32,000 nucleotides of DNA from Psychrobacter sp. DM4 (GTDB lineage: Bacteria > Pseudomonadota > Gammaproteobacteria > Pseudomonadales > Moraxellaceae): positions 1,620,001 through 1,652,000 of the forward strand of contig NZ_CP195536.1 of NCBI RefSeq assembly GCF_051307035.1, given 5' to 3'. Numbering within the stretch: position 1 is the first letter of the stretch; each line of letters begins with the position of its first letter. This document shows positions 26,252-32,000 of this stretch, one piece after another. A program made the position numbers and the translations under genes. The notes below the pieces were generated by a model. It was not told the DNA's origin. It saw only the letters and a list, made by a program, of their open reading frames with translations, and ran no database searches.

Positions 26252-27487
26252 TTAAATTGCCTTTTGCGGCAACTGTCGAAACCATAGCAATAATACTAAG
26301 CCAATGAATAGCCCGATACCCGCCGCAAGTAGTCCTGCATCAAAATTATCACTATCACCTGCCAAGGCGACGGTCACCAGAGGCCCTATAAACTGGCCTA
26401 GTGCATACGCTAAAGTAGCCAATCCAACGAGCAGATTTGAATAAACAGGATTCATATTTTTGATAATATTTAGGGTCATTGACACCATACCTGCAAAGGT
26501 CATCCCGATGATGATCGCATTGGCATACAGTCCGAGCGCGCCTGAGAACCATAAGGGACTGAACATACCAAATGCTTGTAACAAGGTTAAGCCAATCAAA
26601 GTATTAATCTCGCCAATGCGTTTGGCAAGGATACCCCAAATGGGGTTGAACACAATAATACAGACACCAACCACCAGCCAAATCTGCAAGCCTGCGTAAG
26701 CGTTTGCCATTTGATTCGTTGCCATGACTGGTAAAAAGGTCGTTGAGGTAATGTAGCCGAACCCTGCGAGTACATAGCTGGCTGATAGCAACGAGATGGC
26801 TTTACCATTGCCGCTAATCGCATCAATCAAGGAGCGTTTGAAGTTGATGTAAGTTTGACGAATAGAGCGTGGTTGCAAGTTTGGTTCAGCAGTGCTACTC
26901 GGTCGAATGCCTAACAGCAACCATAACAACGGCAAGCTGCTAATCCCTGCGATTAACCAAATCATATCGAAATGATACCCCAGAGCCAGCAACCCCCACG
27001 TTAAGATAGCCGACGCACTGATACCGACACCAATACCAGCATAGTGTACGGTCGAGAGCAGTGATCGACGCTCAGCGCTAAAGTTTTGAATGACAAGGGT
27101 TGTGCTTAGTATCATCGCTATACCGCTTGCGATACCAGCCAGCAGACGAACGACATACCAGAGCATAAGAGGCATATTTGACAAGACAAGCATCATAGTC
27201 GTTATGATACTCATCGCTGTCCAGAGTATAAGGGTTTGCCATGTCGTACGCTCAGGCACGAACATCGCTATTAAAGCGCCAATAAAATAACCCATATAAT
27301 TGACCGAAGCCAACCAACCCGCGATCGTCGTTGACAGCGTCAGTTGAGTCATGATATCAGGTAAGGTAGCAGTAAATAAAAAACGCCCATAACCCATGAC
27401 TACCGCAAGACAATATAGACCAGTAAAGGCGATATAAGTCTGATTGGTAATCCTAGGAGCCATACGATTTATGATACTTGTCTTCAT
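26252..27487 (-). CDS. MFS transporter (YbfB/YjiJ-like)
   Basis: 411 aa with about 12 hydrophobic helices and a central basic loop (RPSSTAEPNLQPRSIRQTYINFKR). The subfamily assignment is from recollection of N-terminal similarity only. Confidence 0.7.
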   Translation of the reverse strand: MKTSIINRMAPRITNQTYIAFTGLYCLAVVMGYGRFLFTATLPDIMTQLTLSTTIAGWLASVNYMGYFIGALIAMFVPERTTWQTLILWTAMSIITTMMLVLSNMPLMLWYVVRLLAGIASGIAMILSTTLVIQNFSAERRSLLSTVHYAGIGVGISASAILTWGLLALGYHFDMIWLIAGISSLPLLWLLLGIRPSSTAEPNLQPRSIRQTYINFKRSLIDAISGNGKAISLLSASYVLAGFGYITSTTFLPVMATNQMANAYAGLQIWLVVGVCIIVFNPIWGILAKRIGEINTLIGLTLLQAFGMFSPLWFSGALGLYANAIIIGMTFAGMVSMTLNIIKNMNPVYSNLLVGLATLAYALGQFIGPLVTVALAGDSDNFDAGLLAAGIGLFIGLVLLLWFRQLPQKAI

Positions 27488-27584
27488 GACAGTCGCTTGC
27501 AGGGATAAAAGCTAAAAAGCGGCTTTGATGGCAGCTTTGTAATAATACTTCGAAGGTACGCTCAAACTAACTTATTCATTGTGA

Positions 27585-28910
27585 TCAAACAGATTGTCCG
27601 ATCATCGCCACACGCTGATCGCTGAACATATCCATATCAGGCGCAAGCGTACGCATAAAGCGATCGAAGTAGAGCAGCTGCTTGGTGAGCAAAGCAAAAT
27701 CTCGCGGGAAATGAATACCATGACGCTTACCAACAGCGACGATCTCTAGCATCATCTTATTAAGCTCATCAGCCTGCTCTTTGGTATTGAACGGCACGCC
27801 ACTGGTAAAAGCCTTGTCCTCTGCCATAATCGTGCGCATCATCTTTTCCAAATCCTGACCGAGCGCGGCCACATCGACCTGCGAGCGACCATGCGTCATC
27901 TCCATATCGATCATATTGTGTGCCATAGCCTGATAGTCATTGTCTTGCAAGGCTTGCATCATACCCATACACGCGCGCCAGCTCTCAGCCTTAAGCTTGC
28001 CGACGATACCGAAGTCTATGAAGCCAATACGCCCATCGGTAAGTAGCATCAGGTTGCCCGCATGCAAGTCCGCATGAAAGCTGTTGCATAGCATAAGGCT
28101 TGCAAACCAAGTATTCAACGTATCTGCCATTACTTGCGCAGGATCATCACAGTACTGACGCATGACGGATTCATCGATCATAGAGACGCCATTGAGTCGG
28201 CTCATGGTCAACACGCGCTTAGTGGTCAGCTCATTATAGACGGTGGGCGCGATGACTTTTGTATTACCCGATACCGCTAGGAACTGCTGAAAGTCGCGGA
28301 TGTTTTGTGCTTCAGCGATAAAATCGGTCTCAGCGAGCATACGCAAGCGAATCTCATCGATAATAGGCGCGATACTGGCAAACCTCATCGAGGGCATCAG
28401 TAGTTCAATGATTTTGGTCACGCCATGCAATACCCCAAGATCGGTCTGCATGATGGTTTCGACATCTGGCTTTTGTACCTTGAGCACGACCTCATCACCG
28501 TTATGCAGCCGCGCAGCATGCACTTGAGCAATAGAAGCTGAGGCCAGTGGCTCTGTCTCGATATGAGCAAATAGATCGCTCAAACTTTGACTATTAATGG
28601 CTAGCTCATCACTCAATACTTGCTCGATATACTGATACGAGAGTGGCGTCGTTTGATCTAGGCAATCTTGAAAAGCCTCAACGTATTCACGCGGAAATAG
28701 TGACGGCGTACTGGCAACAAACTGCCCTATCTTGATATAAGTCGTGCCTAATTGCTCAAAGGTTTCTTTGAGCAATTGCGCGTCAGGCTTCTCCCCTTTG
28801 GCAATACGAAGGGCGGATAAACCTGCGACGCTTGCCGTCTGACGCACACGATTGGCGACATTAAGAGTATGTTTTAATAAATGCGGACGATGTATTTTCA
28901 TAAAGGACAA
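27585..28910 (-). CDS. ABC1/UbiB-family atypical protein kinase, short soluble form
   Basis: Its ABC1 motifs are LGTTYIKIGQFVASTPSLFP, ASIAQVH.A, VVLKVQKP and the kinase core HADLHAGNLML..GRIGFIDFG. At 441 aa it has no C-terminal hydrophobic helices. Confidence 0.8.
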   Translation of the reverse strand: MSFMKIHRPHLLKHTLNVANRVRQTASVAGLSALRIAKGEKPDAQLLKETFEQLGTTYIKIGQFVASTPSLFPREYVEAFQDCLDQTTPLSYQYIEQVLSDELAINSQSLSDLFAHIETEPLASASIAQVHAARLHNGDEVVLKVQKPDVETIMQTDLGVLHGVTKIIELLMPSMRFASIAPIIDEIRLRMLAETDFIAEAQNIRDFQQFLAVSGNTKVIAPTVYNELTTKRVLTMSRLNGVSMIDESVMRQYCDDPAQVMADTLNTWFASLMLCNSFHADLHAGNLMLLTDGRIGFIDFGIVGKLKAESWRACMGMMQALQDNDYQAMAHNMIDMEMTHGRSQVDVAALGQDLEKMMRTIMAEDKAFTSGVPFNTKEQADELNKMMLEIVAVGKRHGIHFPRDFALLTKQLLYFDRFMRTLAPDMDMFSDQRVAMIGQSV

Positions 28911-29092
28911 CTATTGATAATAAGCAATGCCTAGTGACATGCGATTAAAGAAATTATGAGATATTAAGTATAGATAGTGATATCAAATACAAGGTAAACA
29001 AGTTCTTAGAAGAGTAATGCTCTTAAGGGATGCGACTTTCTCACAATATGATTAGGCTGTCAGTAAGGTTTTAGTTACTACTATTCATACTA

Positions 29093-30073
29093 TCAATCAC
29101 CTAATGGCATTGTTGTTTGTCCTAAAGTAACCCGATCATTATCTCCATAATCTTGAATGGTCTGTATAGACTCAAAGCCATGTTGAACAAATATATCTTG
29201 TACACGATCTTTTTGATCATAGCCATGTTCAATAGCTAATAGACCACCTGCTTTTAGATACTTAGGTGCGCCTTTTACAATCTGCGTGATATCAGCCAGT
29301 CCAGAATCGGGCGCAGTTAGCGCACTAATAGGTTCAGCGATTAAAGAGGTTAAGTGCTCGTCTTGCTCATCAATGTAAGGCGGGTTTGAGACGATGATGT
29401 CAAACAAATGCGCGTCATTATTAGATAGTGCTTTATACCAGCTACTTTGTATAAACTTAACATCAGGAACTTGATTGCTTATGGCATTGTATTGAGCAAC
29501 CTCTAATGCATCCTTACAGATATCAACTGCAACGACTTGCCACGCCTTACTATCCTGCATCAGACTCAACTCGTGCGCCAGACTAATCGCAATACAACCG
29601 GAGCCTGTGCCTAGATCTAGCAGACGCTTAGGGACTACTAGATCTGCCGTTAAATTATCAGTCTTCGTTTGTATCCACTGTAGTACCTGCTCAACCAACA
29701 CCTCAGTATCAGGCCTTGGTATCAGAGTATGCGCGTTTACTTTAAAATTCAGTGACCAAAACTCCTGATGACCTATCAAGTACGCAAGCGGCATACCTTG
29801 GCGCATTTGAGTTATACCAGTATCAAACTTGACACTTTCAGTATCTGTCAGCTCGTAGTGCTCATCGGTAAATAAGAACGATCTTGGCTCATCAAGTACA
29901 TGCAACAGCCAGTCAGTTATCCAAAAGGCTGGGATTGTTCTATCAGCCGTATCCGGGTCAGCCCCTAACACCGTATCAGTGCTCAAATCCCTGTTTGACG
30001 CACAACTTGCCAGCTGCAAACTTTGCTGCTTGATTTGAAGTACTGTCATCTTTTCAACGCTAGACACTGCCAC
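29093..30073 (-). CDS. prmC: Peptide chain release factor N5-glutamine methyltransferase
   Basis: MRQGMPLAYLIGHQEFWSLNFKVNAHTLIPRPDTEVLVEQVL, LDLGTGSGCIAISLA, IVSNPPYIDEQD and DYGDNDRVTLGQ align with E. coli PrmC/HemK. The start may be GTG at 30073 or ATG at 30049. The N-terminal region is longer than in E. coli. Confidence 0.88.
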   Translation of the reverse strand: MAVSSVEKMTVLQIKQQSLQLASCASNRDLSTDTVLGADPDTADRTIPAFWITDWLLHVLDEPRSFLFTDEHYELTDTESVKFDTGITQMRQGMPLAYLIGHQEFWSLNFKVNAHTLIPRPDTEVLVEQVLQWIQTKTDNLTADLVVPKRLLDLGTGSGCIAISLAHELSLMQDSKAWQVVAVDICKDALEVAQYNAISNQVPDVKFIQSSWYKALSNNDAHLFDIIVSNPPYIDEQDEHLTSLIAEPISALTAPDSGLADITQIVKGAPKYLKAGGLLAIEHGYDQKDRVQDIFVQHGFESIQTIQDYGDNDRVTLGQTTMPLGD

Positions 30074-30110
30074 TTCTCACTTTTAAAATTGCATAAAGCT
30101 CATTACAGAT

Positions 30111-32000
30111 TTATTCCGTAGCGCGCGGCGGCTCAGTTGTGTTGCTTAAACTAGGGTTAGACTTTGCTAATGAGGGCTTGCCGCCTTCAGAGTCATCATC
30201 ACCATAGATATCATCATTATCACCAATGACGATATGCTTGTCCACTAAGTAGATAAGTAGCAAGATAGGAATACCGATAGCAAAGGTAAACATAAAGAAG
30301 AAAGGATAACCCATAGCATCGACGATACCACCAGAGTAGCCACCCAACACTTTGGGCAACAAAGTCATGAGTGATGAGAATATCGCATACTGTACGGCGG
30401 TGAACTTGATAGAGGTTAATGCGGATAAGAAGGCAATAAATACCGCACTTGCAAAACCTGCTGCCAAGTTATCCAAGATAACCGCAAAGTACATATACTC
30501 AAGGCTACCCGGATGGTAAGTGAGCAACACAAACAGTAGATTGGTAACGCTTGCGAGTATCGCACCTAGCATCATCACATGCATCATGCGCATTTTTTGC
30601 GCTAGTATCCCGCCCAAAAACCCACCAATGAGCGCCATCAGCACTCCAACGAGTTTGACAGCATTGGCAATCTCAACCTTAGTGAAGCCCATATCTTGAT
30701 AAAAGACGTTGGAGATGACCCCTGCGACGATATCAGAGATGCGGTACAGACCGATAAGTGCCAGCAACAGCAAAGCTTGCTTACCGTAGCGCTTAAAGAA
30801 ATCAGCAATAGGGTCAACCCACATCTTCTTAGCGACTTCTTTTTTGGCAAGACCTACTTTAATTAGTGCGTAGCCTACTACTCCCGCTACCGCTAAGCTA
30901 CCGAGCAAAGTCACGGTTTCAATGAGGAAGCTTAACAGCACACTTTCGGTCTCAGCGAATAGACTGCCAATAACAATAAAAGCACCAACAAAACCTATCA
31001 CAGTAATAATAAATAGCAAGACTATGCGTAGATAGTCGTTACCGTTCTCAACGAGCAGCGAGACTTTATTAATGAGTTTTGGCTGATTAAACATAAAAAA
31101 TAAAAGCAGTAATGGCGCGCAGGCTACCAGAGCTAAAAAGTAAAGATTAACCATAGGCAAGAGCGCAAGTGGTATCACAGTAATATCAGCGTTCAAAAAG
31201 TTGTTATAGATGATCTTGATAAGACTCAATAAGCCGTATATTGCTCCTGGTATCACCAATAGTCCTGCATAAATAAAGAAGAGCTTTAAGTTTAGTTTCT
31301 GTTTTTTGGTCTGCAAAATCTCAGCGATCGGCTCATAACCTGCAAAGGTGGTCAAGATACCAATAGACATGACTGCTGCCATAACATAATAAGTATTGCG
31401 CCAAGCCTCGTAACTATAGAACGTCTCTGTCGAACTAAAATAGTCTGCTAAATATAATGCCCCAGCCCCAGCAACTATCATACCGATACGGTAGCCTGCG
31501 ACATACATGGCTGCAAGTGTAGGTTGCAACTCTGGCGGTGCAAGCTCGATACGGTACGCATCAATGACAATGTCTTGGGTCGCTGATGAAAACCCTAGCA
31601 ATACGGCTGCTGCAGCCATAAACCATAGTGCCTCATCGCTAATAGGGTTAAAGCTTGCCATTAAGAGTATTGCTATGACAATTAATAGCTGAGAGACCAC
31701 AATCCAAGCCCTGCGTCTACCAAGCCACTTTGTCAACACAGGTACAGGGAGTGCATCAATTAGTGGCGCCCAGATAAACTTGAACGAATATCCTAGCGCC
31801 GCCCAACTAAACATAGTCACAACGCCGCGCTCTATACCCGCTTCTCGTAGCCATAGCGATAGGCTCGAGAAAATAAGTAAAATAGGAATACCTGCTGAGA
31901 ATCCTAAAAACAAGATTAGGACAGCACGAGGATCAAGATAAGCTTTTGCAGCATCACCCCATGACTTTTTGATGACGGATTGATTGGGTGGTACAGATCG
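30111..32000 (-). CDS. ampG: AmpG-family muropeptide MFS permease, 5' end beyond the window
   Basis: ILFLGFSAGIPILLIFSSLSLWLREAGI and FSWAALGYSFKFIWAPLID match the AmpG N-terminal helices. The frame stays open from the track's TTG at 31913 up to nt 32000 (RSVPPNQSVIKKSWGDAAKAYLDPRAVLIL) with no start codon, so the gene is truncated by the window edge. Confidence 0.85.
   Translation of the reverse strand, partial: RSVPPNQSVIKKSWGDAAKAYLDPRAVLILFLGFSAGIPILLIFSSLSLWLREAGIERGVVTMFSWAALGYSFKFIWAPLIDALPVPVLTKWLGRRRAWIVVSQLLIVIAILLMASFNPISDEALWFMAAAAVLLGFSSATQDIVIDAYRIELAPPELQPTLAAMYVAGYRIGMIVAGAGALYLADYFSSTETFYSYEAWRNTYYVMAAVMSIGILTTFAGYEPIAEILQTKKQKLNLKLFFIYAGLLVIPGAIYGLLSLIKIIYNNFLNADITVIPLALLPMVNLYFLALVACAPLLLLFFMFNQPKLINKVSLLVENGNDYLRIVLLFIITVIGFVGAFIVIGSLFAETESVLLSFLIETVTLLGSLAVAGVVGYALIKVGLAKKEVAKKMWVDPIADFFKRYGKQALLLLALIGLYRISDIVAGVISNVFYQDMGFTKVEIANAVKLVGVLMALIGGFLGGILAQKMRMMHVMMLGAILASVTNLLFVLLTYHPGSLEYMYFAVILDNLAAGFASAVFIAFLSALTSIKFTAVQYAIFSSLMTLLPKVLGGYSGGIVDAMGYPFFFMFTFAIGIPILLLIYLVDKHIVIGDNDDIYGDDDSEGGKPSLAKSNPSLSNTTEPPRATE

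Noticed and set aside
1-32000. Search for a defence system, prophage, integron, IS element, CRISPR array or toxin-antitoxin pair
   Set aside because: No integrase, transposase, recombinase, nuclease/helicase/ATPase defence-type ORFs, terminal inverted repeats of IS type, or spaced direct repeats were seen. Every large ORF has a confident metabolic, translation or envelope assignment except 22892..23506.

Overview
No CRISPR array, rRNA/tRNA gene, transposase, integrase, phage gene or recognisable defence system is visible; no single undescribed system stands out. This is a chromosomal window from an AT-leaning gammaproteobacterium. The glnE-ilvE-glycan-locus synteny, low-complexity inserts in housekeeping proteins and gene content suggest Moraxellaceae, Psychrobacter-like (inference only). 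The accessory part is 1-9967, a roughly 10 kb surface-glycan locus next to ilvE. It has two convergent gene blocks. The plus block holds a DxD glycosyltransferase, a Stealth-family sugar-1-phosphate transferase and a very AT-rich GT-B transferase. The minus block holds a second DxD paralog, a GT4 transferase, a divergent MurA-like/MurB-like pair, a UDP-glucuronate 4-epimerase and Ugd. No wzx/wzy/wzz, ABC exporter or initiating transferase is present, which fits a lipooligosaccharide outer-core-type locus. The rest (10-32 kb) is core metabolism: ilvE, glnE, tusDCB-tusE, trmL, an entericidin-type lipoprotein absent from the ORF track, hemW, an EVE-domain protein, a MATE transporter, accB-accC, an orphan secreted protein, long-form leuA with a divergent Lrp/AsnC regulator, an MFS transporter, a soluble UbiB/ABC1-like kinase, prmC and a 5'-truncated ampG. 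The most interesting item is the MurA/MurB paralog pair inside the glycan locus. It predicts a lactyl-ether (muramic-acid-type) sugar built into LOS rather than peptidoglycan, alongside Stealth-mediated phosphodiester chemistry.
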